Part shown: positions 40,697 to 50,991 of the stretch, in pieces
Numbering within the stretch: the first letter of the stretch is position 1
Layout: each line of letters opens with the position of its first letter
From: Pseudomonadota bacterium
GTDB lineage: Bacteria; Desulfobacterota; Desulfobacteria; Desulfobacterales; RPRI01
Reading direction: 5' to 3'
Assembly: GCA_043825875.1 (NCBI GenBank)
Contig: JBDRRF010000029.1
Coordinates: forward strand, 1 to 51,131
Length of the DNA stretch: 51,131 nucleotides
Program-made: the position numbers and the translations under genes
Notes under the pieces: model-generated
What the model saw: only the letters and a program-made list of their open reading frames with translations
Told to the model about the DNA's origin: nothing
Database searches by the model: none

Positions 40697-42295
40697 CTAA
40701 ATGTGTTTTTTATATAGTGCTTTCATTGCATTCCATTTGCGCGAATTAACTACAGCCTCCCATCTTTCTTTTGGCACTTTAGCTTTATCAGGCATGAACA
40801 CTATCCCTTTGTTTACTATAGCCCAATCATAAGCTGTGGCTTCATCAGAGAATACCTGGCAGGTTTGATCCACATAGTATAAAACAGGGTCAATTTTTTT
40901 GGGAAAAAACGCACATGATTTACTGAAAGATTTTGCTTCTGCGACCTGTGATCTTACATTTGGCAACTGAGTGAAAAGAGGAATTATACCAAATATATAA
41001 ATACAAGTTATTACTACCATGGCGCCGGCCATTTTTTCGGCATGTCTTTTTATACTAAAATATATAATAAATGGTGAGACTGAAGATACCAGTATTGTAA
41101 TAACCCAAAGTTTTATACCTGAAACAGGATATAAGGCAGGATAAAAAACAAGGGCTGCAAGCGGTACAATCAGGATAAAACCTAACAGGAAGCCGAATCC
41201 TTTTATAAAACGGTCAAAGAAAGGCGAAAGAGAAGATTCGGAAAAGCTGATCAATAAATGTGCCGCCATAATAGAAGCAAAAGGTATAATCGGCAGCAGA
41301 TAGTATGATCTCCGGGAACCTGAAAGAGTGAAAAAAATAAATATACCGCAAAAAAGTGCAATCATTTCCTTTACTGAAGAATTTTGCTCTTTAAATTTTG
41401 GAATTAACCGGATAAGGGCTATGGGTAAAAGTAATGACCAGGGAGCAGCGAGATCGAAGATCCTCACAAAATAAGTCCATGCAGGTCCTTTATGGTCAAA
41501 AGGTTTGAAAAATCTAACTACATTTTCATGCCATACCAATTGCAGCGGATCCCATGATTTTGTGAAATAAGAGGCGGCTAACGGAAAGGCTAAATAAACG
41601 GCAAGAGATAATATAGCTGCTGCAATACAACAGCGCAAAGTAAAAGCAGGCGGCCATTCCTTTTTTACAATAAGCAGAATAATTATAGAAAAGGTTGGTA
41701 CTCCATATGCCGGAAGCCCCTTCATGTTTGCTCCGATGGCCATGATAATCCCGAATATATATACCCACGAGTGGTTAATATCCGATTTGTGTTTTAAAAA
41801 GTACCGGATTGCAAAAAGAATAAAAAATGCGTTAAGCATTTCAACTTGTGCATTACGTGCCCAGAATATAAATCCGTATGAAGTCATCAGGACAGCCGCT
41901 GACAAAAGGGCGGTTCGGTTTCCAAACCAAGTGCGGGCAAGATCAAACGTAAAGTAAAGCAATAAAAGTGCACAAATCAAAGAAGGGATTCTTATCATCG
42001 CCTCCGTTACACCCCCGTTTATATGCACGAAAGGCAATACAAGCCAGTATGAAAGCAGAGGTTTGTCCCAATATAAGGAATTACCTATAAAAGGGTGGAA
42101 TATATCGCTGTATCTGTACATATACCGACAGATCAAAGCCCATCTTCCTTCCGAACCCAAGATTGGTATCATGCCAAGATTCCAGAAAAGAACTATCGCG
42201 GCAATTATAAAGATAATAAAGAAATGAAAAAGAGGGTAATCTTTATCTTTTTTTAACAGGGTATTAATATGTTCCTGAAAAAAATATTTATTCAT
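40697..42295 (-). CDS. ArnT/PMT-family (GT-C) glycosyltransferase, divergent paralog
   Basis: GSEGRW, YWDKPLLSYW, RIPS, NMKG, ENVVRFFKPFDH, SRRSYYLLP. Confidence 0.85.
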   Translation of the reverse strand: MNKYFFQEHINTLLKKDKDYPLFHFFIIFIIAAIVLFWNLGMIPILGSEGRWALICRYMYRYSDIFHPFIGNSLYWDKPLLSYWLVLPFVHINGGVTEAMIRIPSLICALLLLYFTFDLARTWFGNRTALLSAAVLMTSYGFIFWARNAQVEMLNAFFILFAIRYFLKHKSDINHSWVYIFGIIMAIGANMKGLPAYGVPTFSIIILLIVKKEWPPAFTLRCCIAAAILSLAVYLAFPLAASYFTKSWDPLQLVWHENVVRFFKPFDHKGPAWTYFVRIFDLAAPWSLLLPIALIRLIPKFKEQNSSVKEMIALFCGIFIFFTLSGSRRSYYLLPIIPFASIMAAHLLISFSESSLSPFFDRFIKGFGFLLGFILIVPLAALVFYPALYPVSGIKLWVITILVSSVSPFIIYFSIKRHAEKMAGAMVVITCIYIFGIIPLFTQLPNVRSQVAEAKSFSKSCAFFPKKIDPVLYYVDQTCQVFSDEATAYDWAIVNKGIVFMPDKAKVPKERWEAVVNSRKWNAMKALYKKHI

Positions 42296-42379
42296 TTCAG
42301 ATAGGCCTCCACAACCGCAAGTAAAATTATTTTATAAAAATAAATAATGTTACTATAACAAAGTCAAATTTTAATGAGT

Positions 42380-42413
42380 ATTATACCAAGTCAAATATGA
42401 AGAAATGATGAAG
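42380..42413 (-). promoter_or_regulatory. OmpR-type direct-repeat box plus extended -10 for the leftward arn operon
   Basis: Minus strand reads CTTCAT-N5-CTTCAT (11-bp period), then 11 nt ending in TGG, then TATAAT. Confidence 0.65.
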
Positions 42414-42594
42414 CGAGAGTGCAGGAGCATTTTTTTAAAAAAATAGATGGACTTTTTATGAATCCATCAATTATGATATTAACTTAACAAATTACCTTTC
42501 TGGGTCTTTTTAATACAATATGATTTACTAAAAATCAATTATTATTGTATAATAGATAATCTTTTAACATCAAAAATATGGAACCCCGCAATTT

Positions 42595-43746
42595 ATGAAA
42601 ATAAGAGAAGATTTTTTACCCCTGTCAAAACCTCCCATAGGGGACAATGAGATTGAAAATGTTGTAAAATGTCTGAAATCAGGATGGATTACCACCGGAC
42701 CCGCCTGCAAGGAATTTGAAGATAATTTTTGCAAACTGACCGGGGCTAAACAGGCAATTACTGTAAGTTCAGCTACAGCCGGAATGCACATAGTACTTCT
42801 CGCACTTAATATCGTAGAAGGAGATGAAGTAATCACGCCGTCTATGACCTTTGCTTCAACCATCAATATGATTGCGATGCAAAAAGCAAAACCCGTTTTT
42901 GTCGATATTGATTATGATACCTTAAATATCAATGCCGATCTTATAGAAGAAAAAATTACTTCTAAAACCAAAGCAATTATTCCTGTTCACTTTGCAGGTG
43001 TACCTGCCGATATGGATAATATTTTAAAAATTGCAAAACACCACAATCTTATAGTTATCGAAGATGCCGCACATGCTGTTGGTACTTACTACAATAGAAT
43101 TCATGCCGGCGGCTTCGGACATATCGCGATTTTTTCTTTTCATCCCTTAAAAAACATCACAAGCGGTGAAGGAGGCATGATCACACTAAGTGATGAAAAA
43201 CTGGAAAAAAATTTAAGGTTATTAAGATTTCACGGGATAGAAAGGGATGCATGGAAGCGTTATGGCAAGGGAGGAAACCCGGAATATGATATCTATCAAC
43301 CTGGGTTCAAATATAATTTGCCGGATATGCTGGCAGCTTTAGGGCTTGCCCAGTTAGAAAGGTTAGATGACATTAACAGCAAAAGAGCTCGGATAGCAGC
43401 AACTTATATAAACGGGCTTAAAGATATCAAAGGGATAGAATTACCTGGTATTCCTGAATATTCGCACATTAATTCAAATCACCTTTTTGTGATAAAAGTA
43501 CTATCCATGAAAAGAGCGATGTTTATGGAAAAATTATCTGAATATAATATAGGGTATGGCTTTCATTTTCCGGCTTGCCATCAATTGAGTTATATTAAGA
43601 AAAAGCATGGAACACAAAACGGGATGCTTCCCGAAACCGAAAGAGCAGCGGAACAAATTATTTCACTTCCACTTTTTCCTGATATGAAAGAAGATGATGC
43701 TTCTTATGTCTGTGAGGCTATAAGAGAAATTTTAAAAAGGGATTAA
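42595..43746 (+). CDS. arnB: UDP-4-amino-4-deoxy-L-arabinose aminotransferase
   Basis: SGWITTGP, SSATAGMH, EDAAHA, FSFHPLKN (PLP lysine present), PGFKYNL. Confidence 0.93.
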   Translation: MKIREDFLPLSKPPIGDNEIENVVKCLKSGWITTGPACKEFEDNFCKLTGAKQAITVSSATAGMHIVLLALNIVEGDEVITPSMTFASTINMIAMQKAKPVFVDIDYDTLNINADLIEEKITSKTKAIIPVHFAGVPADMDNILKIAKHHNLIVIEDAAHAVGTYYNRIHAGGFGHIAIFSFHPLKNITSGEGGMITLSDEKLEKNLRLLRFHGIERDAWKRYGKGGNPEYDIYQPGFKYNLPDMLAALGLAQLERLDDINSKRARIAATYINGLKDIKGIELPGIPEYSHINSNHLFVIKVLSMKRAMFMEKLSEYNIGYGFHFPACHQLSYIKKKHGTQNGMLPETERAAEQIISLPLFPDMKEDDASYVCEAIREILKRD

Positions 43747-43749
43747 TAG

Positions 43750-44721
43750 ATGAACACACAGAATATGATTTCTCTGGTAATTCCCGTTTACAATGAAGAA
43801 GAAAATCTGCGTTTACTGATTGAACGAATACATCCTGTTATGCAGCAAATGAACAGGCCGTATGAGATAATTCTTATCGATGACGGTAGTAAAGATAATT
43901 CTCTTTCCATATTAAAAAACCTTGCAGTATGGCCTGAGATAAAAGTTGTTGCGCTTGTAAGAAATTATGGCCAGCATGCAGCAATATTTGCCGGCTTTTC
44001 AATTACTAAAGGTGATATCATAATCACACTGGATGCTGATTTGCAGAATCCTCCCGAAGAAATTCCCAGGCTTGTAACAGAAATGGAAGAAGGTGGGTAT
44101 GATGTGGTAGGCACAATCAGAAAAAAGCGCCAGGATTCGATTTTCAGACTTACGGCATCAAAGCTAATCAACATGGTAGCAAGAAAGATTACCAAAGTAA
44201 GTATGACCGACTGGGGATGCATGCTGCGTGCATATAGACGCCCTGTGGTAGAACGTATGATTGCCTGTCATGAACATTCAACGTTTATACCTGCGCTTGC
44301 CGTATATTTTGGAAAACATATTACCGAAATTGAGGTTGCTCATGAAGAAAGAGCTGGTGGAACATCCAACTATCCTTTAAGAAAACTTATAAATCTTCAG
44401 TTCGATCTTGTTTCATCTTTTTCTGATTTGCCCATGAAATTCCTTTTGTATGGAGGGATAGTAATGTCTTCGGCCGGAATATTGTTTGGTGTATTTTTAA
44501 TTATTGCAAGGCTGGTATATGGTGCTCACTGGGCTGCCCAGGGTATTTTTACACTTTTTGCGATCCTTTTTGTTTTTATAGGGTTGCAGTTTTTTGCCTT
44601 CGGAATTTTAGGAGAATATATTGGCAGGATTTACAGAGAAGTAAGAAAACGACCTGAGTACGTGATTGATAAAGTCTATTCATCGGATAAAGCAGATATT
44701 ACTCTGGAAGACAAATCTTAA
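43750..44721 (+). CDS. arnC: Undecaprenyl-phosphate L-Ara4FN transferase (GT2)
   Basis: VIPVYNEE, DDGS, RNYGQH, DADLQNPPEEIP, GCMLRAY, GEYIGRIY. Confidence 0.92.
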   Translation: MNTQNMISLVIPVYNEEENLRLLIERIHPVMQQMNRPYEIILIDDGSKDNSLSILKNLAVWPEIKVVALVRNYGQHAAIFAGFSITKGDIIITLDADLQNPPEEIPRLVTEMEEGGYDVVGTIRKKRQDSIFRLTASKLINMVARKITKVSMTDWGCMLRAYRRPVVERMIACHEHSTFIPALAVYFGKHITEIEVAHEERAGGTSNYPLRKLINLQFDLVSSFSDLPMKFLLYGGIVMSSAGILFGVFLIIARLVYGAHWAAQGIFTLFAILFVFIGLQFFAFGILGEYIGRIYREVRKRPEYVIDKVYSSDKADITLEDKS

Positions 44722-44764
44722 TAGCTGTCAGATATTATTTCCCTGATAACAATAAGGCGTGTGT

Positions 44765-45625
44765 ATGAATCAAAATGTTTTAGGCATCAAAATAGATGTG
44801 GACACCTATCAGGGTATGAAAAAAGGTGTGCCCCGCATTCTTGATATTCTTAACCGGTTTAATATAAGAGCAACTTTTTATTTAAGTATAGGGCCCGATG
44901 CTTCGGGTAGAGCTGCTCTTCAACTTATCAAAAACCCGCTCTTTTTTAAAAAGATGATAAAAAGCAATGCTGCCGGGCTCTATGGTTTCAAGACGGCTTT
45001 GTACGGGACATTGCTGCCATCACCCATGATAGCGCTTTCTTTTCCTGAAATTGTAAAACAAATAATATCAAACGGGCATGAAGTCCAGTTCCATGCATGG
45101 GATCACAGGCGCTGGCAGGATGAGCTATACTTAAAATCAATTGAATGGATAAATGAATGGTTCGAAAAAGGTGTCAATTCATTTAAAAAGCTCACAGGAT
45201 ATATGCCCACATCATTTGGAGCACCGGCATGGCTTATTGATGACAGGGTGATGGAAATTATAGGTAAATACAAATTTGATTACTTAAGCTGCACAAGAGC
45301 CAAAGAACCTTTTGTTCATGAGAAAATTAGTATTGTGGAAATTCCTTCCGATCTACCATGTATTGAAGAAATAGGTATTGATAGCGCTATTTCTCAAATT
45401 ACTTCATTATTAAAAAACGGCGGCATCCATGTGCTGCCGGTTCATGCTGAAGTTGAAGGCGGCATAAGAAGCAATTACTTTATTCAATTGCTTGAGCAAA
45501 TTGAAATGATGAATTACTCTGTAAAAACTCTTTGTGAGATAAAAACCCTTCTTTTTGAAGATATTGCTGTTCGCAAATATAAAATAGAGTTGCTTTCCGG
45601 GCGTTCTGTTCCTTGTGCTGTTTAA
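44765..45625 (+). CDS. arnD: Undecaprenyl-phosphate L-Ara4FN deformylase
   Basis: IDVDT, LYGTLLP, HAWDH, HAEVEG. Start is the GTG at 44759 or the ATG at 44765. Confidence 0.9.
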   Translation: MNQNVLGIKIDVDTYQGMKKGVPRILDILNRFNIRATFYLSIGPDASGRAALQLIKNPLFFKKMIKSNAAGLYGFKTALYGTLLPSPMIALSFPEIVKQIISNGHEVQFHAWDHRRWQDELYLKSIEWINEWFEKGVNSFKKLTGYMPTSFGAPAWLIDDRVMEIIGKYKFDYLSCTRAKEPFVHEKISIVEIPSDLPCIEEIGIDSAISQITSLLKNGGIHVLPVHAEVEGGIRSNYFIQLLEQIEMMNYSVKTLCEIKTLLFEDIAVRKYKIELLSGRSVPCAV

Positions 45626-45631
45626 AGTATT

Positions 45632-47215
45632 ATGAATATAAGATTGCTTGCTAACGGGAAATCTAATCACATCATGCGTTTTTGGCGCTGGCTTACCAAT
45701 GGGTTTTTGGGCATATTTAAGGAAATGCGCCTAAGTTATGCTCCGCCTATGATGGTATATCTGGCTGCGGGGGTTTCCGCTTTTACCGGGATTATAGAGA
45801 GCTTTTATGTAAAAGAAGAACTTGGACTCTCTGCGGCTTTTCTTGCAAGTTTAGGCTTTTGGGCCGGTATCCCATGGGCCTTGAAAATGCCTCTGGGGCA
45901 TCTTGTAGATCTATACTGGCATAAAAAGTCCTTATTCATTTATGCCGGTGCATTTATTATGGCAAGTGGTTTGCTGATTATGGTCGGTCTGACCGGTCAT
46001 AAACACTGGATGCAGACAATGCTTCCGCTTGAAATATGGTATGTCATTTCAGCTCTGCTGTCTCCTGTGGGATTTATACTCCAGGATGTGGTAGCTGATG
46101 CTATGACTGTTGAAGCTGTGCCGCATTTTAAAACAGACGGGTCACGTTTTTCCGATGATGAGCTCAAACGCATGCATGTTACGGTGCAAACTCTTGGCCG
46201 TATCGCAATTCTTGGTGGTAGTGCTGTAGTTGCCGGTTTAGGCGGATGGCTGGCACATGTTTTTTCTTATGCTTCGATGTATTGGATGTCTTTGGGGATT
46301 CCGGTTATTTCCGTGCTGGGTGTTGTAACAGCTGCCATAATAAACCGTTTTAAACGAAAACAGTTTAGGCTAAAGGGTTTTAGCAAAGAAGCTATTTCTG
46401 AAATGATGCATCCTGAACTAGATCTTCTTTCCCCAAATTATTATATCCTTGGTGGGAGTTTGATTTTTCTTGTAATGATCTTAGTAATGGGTTTATCGAA
46501 AATTGCACTCAAGGAAGAAGTTATTTTCTGTGCTTCTTTTTTTATTATCGGCTACCTGATTCATCAACTCTTACAGAATATGGAAATAAGAAAACGTCGG
46601 GAAATAATCGGTATAGCTGTTATTATTTTTGTTTTTCGTGCCATGCCTACTTCAGGGGCGGGTGCAGGCTGGTGGCAGATTGATATATTGCAATTTGATG
46701 AAGCATTTTTCGGTACATTGCGCCAGATTTCAGCAATACTTGCAATTATTGGTATGATTGCTCTGCGTGCATGGATGAGCAAAAGGCCTATACCTTATCT
46801 TGTAGTCTTTTTATCACTATACGGCACAGTTATGTTTCTGCCCTTTATAGGAATGTATTACGGGCTTCATCTTTGGACTGTAGAAAATTTGGGCTTTGGC
46901 GCAAGAACAATTGCAATAGTTGATACCATGGCAGATTCGCCGTTAGGTCAGGTTGCCATGATTCCCATGCTGGCATGGATTGCAAAAGAAGCCCCAGAAA
47001 ATCAAAAAGCCACTTATTTTGCTATAATGGCAGCCTTTACCAATCTTGCTTTATCTGCAAGCCAGTTGCTTACAAAATATCTGAACGAAATTTTTGTTAT
47101 AGAGCGTGGCAATTATAATGAACTTGGAATGCTCATGATCACCGTTGCAGTAGCAGGTCTTGTGGTACCGGTACTAACCGTTATGATTTTTAGACCATGG
47201 TGCGGCAAAACGTAA
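45632..47215 (+). CDS. BT1 / folate-biopterin family MFS transporter
   Basis: About 12 TMs; 'IPWALKMPLGHLVD', 'QDVVADAMTVE', 'AKEAPENQKATYFAIMAAFTNL'. Starts 6 nt after arnD. Confidence 0.72.
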   Translation: MNIRLLANGKSNHIMRFWRWLTNGFLGIFKEMRLSYAPPMMVYLAAGVSAFTGIIESFYVKEELGLSAAFLASLGFWAGIPWALKMPLGHLVDLYWHKKSLFIYAGAFIMASGLLIMVGLTGHKHWMQTMLPLEIWYVISALLSPVGFILQDVVADAMTVEAVPHFKTDGSRFSDDELKRMHVTVQTLGRIAILGGSAVVAGLGGWLAHVFSYASMYWMSLGIPVISVLGVVTAAIINRFKRKQFRLKGFSKEAISEMMHPELDLLSPNYYILGGSLIFLVMILVMGLSKIALKEEVIFCASFFIIGYLIHQLLQNMEIRKRREIIGIAVIIFVFRAMPTSGAGAGWWQIDILQFDEAFFGTLRQISAILAIIGMIALRAWMSKRPIPYLVVFLSLYGTVMFLPFIGMYYGLHLWTVENLGFGARTIAIVDTMADSPLGQVAMIPMLAWIAKEAPENQKATYFAIMAAFTNLALSASQLLTKYLNEIFVIERGNYNELGMLMITVAVAGLVVPVLTVMIFRPWCGKT

Positions 47216-47272
47216 AAGAGAAAAGCCTGGTTTGAATAATTAGAATGGTTTGGCTGGAAAAGTTATTCGATT

Positions 47273-50200
47273 TTAAGATGCATCATGTTTATTGTCTAGT
47301 ACTTCACGCAGCTTTTGCCTGATCATGGTAATTCTCAATGGTTTTTGAAGATGGAAACCATATCCTTTACTTAAATTTTGATCTGCAACAGCCTCTGACG
47401 GATAACCCGACATAAAAACCACTTCTATGCCGGGACGAACAGCTGCTATCATGTTGGCAAGATCTTTACCGTTTATTTCCGGCATAATAATATCGGTCAG
47501 CAACAGATCAATAGTGCCATCATAAGTTTCATTAATTTTTAAAGCTTCTTGTGCAGTAGAGGCCACAAGAAGCTGATAGCCTAAGGGGTTTAAAGCATTT
47601 TCTATAATTGAAAGCAATATCGGTTCATCATCTACAACAAGGATTGTTTCTTTCCCCCCTTTTATAGGGATAGTATCAATTTCAGAATCTTTTTTAATCT
47701 CTTTATGATTTGAAACAGGTAAATATAAATTAAATGCTGATCCTTGATTTGGTTTGCTTGTTACATCAATATATCCGTTATGCTGTTTAATAATGCCATA
47801 AACTGTGGCAAGGCCCAGCCCTGTTCCTTTTCCAATCTCTTTTGTGGTATAAAAAGGTTCAAATATATTTTCAAGAACTTCATTGCTCATACCGCATCCA
47901 GTATCACTTATTGTAAGCTTTACATATTTTCCCGGTTTCACCTCTTCAAGATTTATTATATTAATATCACTCATTACTACTTCATCTGTTTCTATGGTTA
48001 AAATACCTCCATTTGGCATAGCATCTCTTGAGTTTACAGAAAGGTTTAACAAAATCTGTTCCATCTGGCTCTGGTCGCACAGAGCTTTACTGGTTGTTTC
48101 GGAGAATTTTAGATTTAGTGTTATGTCTTCACCTATGATCCGCTTCAACATTTTGGTCATATCGGTTACAACAGTGTTAAGATCGGTATCCCTGATTTCA
48201 AGCATTTGCTTTCGGCTAAAAGCAAGAAGCTGTTTTGTAAGAGATCCGGCCTTTTCTCCCAGGCCCATGATTAATTCAATACGTTCTTTTAAAGGATCAT
48301 TTTCTGCAATATCAAGTAGCGCAAGTTCGCTGAAACCTAATATGCCGCTTAATATATTATTAAAATCATGAGCCACACCCCCGGCAAGCCGCCCTATAGA
48401 TTCCATCTTTTGCATGTGTAGAAACTGTGATTGCAATAATTGTTGCTTTTTTTCAGCCGTCACCTGATCGCTTATATCCCGTACAATATGTACTATACCT
48501 GTGGTCTGGTTATTCTTGCCAAAGCGGGGAATCGCCTTTACTTCAAGATGTCTGTCAAGATGGGGTTCAAACATTTTCTTAACAGCTATTTTTCCTGTTT
48601 TTAGAACATTACAACATGGACAATCAGGCAGGGGATTAGCCAAACCATGATATGACTGAAAACATTTATATTTACTAATATCATCAATAGATATTCCAAG
48701 CAGGCTCAGCGCAGTTTTATTCGCCCGGATTATATTACAATTGTTGTCATGAATGGTAATAGCATCATTTATTGTATCAAAGGTTTCTTCCCACTCATTT
48801 TTTGCCTGAATGAGCATATCCTGCATCTTTATTCTTTCAGTTACATCTTCTCCTGAAGTTAATATTCCGGTTACTTTACCTGTTTCATCTTTTAGCAGAA
48901 CATCGCTCCATTCGATAATTCTTTGTTCACCTTTTTTAGTAAGTATGACACCTTGCACCTTCTTTGCTTCTGATATGTCTATTTCACCGGCAAGCAATTG
49001 TTTGATGAAAATTTCAGATTCGTATCGTTTATCTTCAGGAATAAAAGTATCAATAGCATTTTGGCCGATAAGCTCATTTTCTTCATATCCAAATATTTCA
49101 CAAGCTTTCTTATTAGCTAAAATTAATTCAATATCAAGGTTAACCGCTATGAGTATTACTCCTGCGATATCAAGGTATTTTTGAGCTGTTTCCTTTTCCT
49201 TTTGCAATTCAAGAGCATTTTGTTTGCGTTCACTTATATCGATACCGATACCGATAATACATGGTATGGTTTTAAATTGAAACAGTTTGGCGGTAAGATA
49301 ATGGGGAATTGTTTTCCCGCTTTTGGTAAGTAAATTTGCCTCTATTTCTGTATGGCCATCTTTAAAACCCTTTGCAATATTTTCAGACACCAAAGCCTTT
49401 TCTGAATCTATGCACAGATCAAGAGGATGTAGCTTTTTAATTTCTTCAAAAGAATATCCTGTTACTGTTTCAACGTTTTTATTCCATCTTAAAAACCTTC
49501 CTGTATTATCATAAAGATAAAAAAGTCCGGGCAAACTGTTTAAAGCCGCATCCGAAAAATCTCTTTCTGATTTCAGATTTTCTTCAGCTTGCTTTTGTCT
49601 GGTAATGTCTTTTATTATACCGATATTATTAATAACCTGTCCCGAGGCATCCTTTACAGGAAATCCATGGGCCTCAACCCATCGGATAGATCCATCCGGA
49701 TTGATTATGCGAAATGCAATATCTAAGGGCATACCTGTTTTGTATCTATCAGCAGCAGAGATTATCCGCGCCATGTCTTCAGTATGAACGTTGTCAAAAT
49801 ATGATTGGGGATTTTCCACATAAACATCTAAAGATTTTCCTCTGATCCGTTTAAAGCCGGGACTTGCATAGATTATATTTTCAACTTTGGCATCTAACAT
49901 CCAGAAACCTTCATTGATATTTTCAGCTATCATTTCAAAGAGTTTGTTAGTTTTAATCAGCTCATCATTTTTTTTAACAAACTTACTATGAATACTATCT
50001 ATCTGAGTGCCTATGGATTTCGCCAGTTTGGCTATTATTATGCCGACTATTGCAGCGGATGCTATTGCAATTATGGACCTTGCAAAAGCAGGATTTACTC
50101 TTACAAAAGATGCTAACAGCCTTACTATTATGTCGTTTATAAAAACAGCCACAATTACGAGAGGAAAGAACGTCCTTATTAAGCGGCTGCGAAGAGATAT

Positions 50201-50833
50201 GCCTGCAAATAACCTTACAGGCAGGGCCTGGGGACCTGCTGCTGTTAAAAGTCCCATGCCGAGAAAAACTAAAGATATTGCTCCTGCAATTGAATTGGGG
50301 ATGGGGCCTTGCCTGTATAAAAAGGGTGTATTATATAGATAAGCAAGGAGTAAAATTAATTCCGTTATAATAGATGATATTGCGCAAAAAGCCGCTAAAT
50401 TATTATAAAGCTGCCTTTTATGGGAAGGAAAAGTCAAAAATAAAATACCTGTGGAAACAATTATAAGATTTGCTGCTATAACAGGTGGCATATCAACCAT
50501 CAAAAAATACTGATATATAAAAATCAAATACTTGGCTTCAAGTCTTATGCCGAAAAAAAAGCTGATGATTATAACAAGAAATGTACATGTTACAACAATA
50601 ATTTGTTTCAAACGGTTTTCAGGTTTTTTCAGATGAAATATATAAGAAATACTGAGTATGCAAAGACATAAGGTGGTGATAGGACAGGGTTTGTAATTTT
50701 GACTTATACTAGTGAGCCTTGCAGATTCCAAAATCCATCCGGCAAATAACAGAATGCTGATTAATGCTGTTATAAACAGACACCATATCGAGAACTTTCT
50801 CAAAAAAGCTTCCGTATGCTTTTCGCTGGTCAT
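47273..50833 (-). CDS. Membrane-bound hybrid histidine kinase (about 4 PAS, HisKA, HATPase, REC)
   Basis: Multi-TM N-terminus, PAS/PAC repeats, GGVAHDFNNIL, NSRDAMP, FEPFYTTK..GKGTGLGL, receiver LLLTDIIMP. Confidence 0.93.
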   Translation of the reverse strand: MTSEKHTEAFLRKFSIWCLFITALISILLFAGWILESARLTSISQNYKPCPITTLCLCILSISYIFHLKKPENRLKQIIVVTCTFLVIIISFFFGIRLEAKYLIFIYQYFLMVDMPPVIAANLIIVSTGILFLTFPSHKRQLYNNLAAFCAISSIITELILLLAYLYNTPFLYRQGPIPNSIAGAISLVFLGMGLLTAAGPQALPVRLFAGISLRSRLIRTFFPLVIVAVFINDIIVRLLASFVRVNPAFARSIIAIASAAIVGIIIAKLAKSIGTQIDSIHSKFVKKNDELIKTNKLFEMIAENINEGFWMLDAKVENIIYASPGFKRIRGKSLDVYVENPQSYFDNVHTEDMARIISAADRYKTGMPLDIAFRIINPDGSIRWVEAHGFPVKDASGQVINNIGIIKDITRQKQAEENLKSERDFSDAALNSLPGLFYLYDNTGRFLRWNKNVETVTGYSFEEIKKLHPLDLCIDSEKALVSENIAKGFKDGHTEIEANLLTKSGKTIPHYLTAKLFQFKTIPCIIGIGIDISERKQNALELQKEKETAQKYLDIAGVILIAVNLDIELILANKKACEIFGYEENELIGQNAIDTFIPEDKRYESEIFIKQLLAGEIDISEAKKVQGVILTKKGEQRIIEWSDVLLKDETGKVTGILTSGEDVTERIKMQDMLIQAKNEWEETFDTINDAITIHDNNCNIIRANKTALSLLGISIDDISKYKCFQSYHGLANPLPDCPCCNVLKTGKIAVKKMFEPHLDRHLEVKAIPRFGKNNQTTGIVHIVRDISDQVTAEKKQQLLQSQFLHMQKMESIGRLAGGVAHDFNNILSGILGFSELALLDIAENDPLKERIELIMGLGEKAGSLTKQLLAFSRKQMLEIRDTDLNTVVTDMTKMLKRIIGEDITLNLKFSETTSKALCDQSQMEQILLNLSVNSRDAMPNGGILTIETDEVVMSDINIINLEEVKPGKYVKLTISDTGCGMSNEVLENIFEPFYTTKEIGKGTGLGLATVYGIIKQHNGYIDVTSKPNQGSAFNLYLPVSNHKEIKKDSEIDTIPIKGGKETILVVDDEPILLSIIENALNPLGYQLLVASTAQEALKINETYDGTIDLLLTDIIMPEINGKDLANMIAAVRPGIEVVFMSGYPSEAVADQNLSKGYGFHLQKPLRITMIRQKLREVLDNKHDAS

Positions 50834-50991
50834 AGCTCTCCTGTTTTCTTATTGCATTTATATATAAAAGCACACTAAAACAGAATACAAAAGGCAATAC
50901 TTTAAATATCTATTGAAACAACTAATTATGAATTATTTTAAATATATAAATAAAGATTGTATTCCCATGTAAAAAGCAGGATGAATATACT

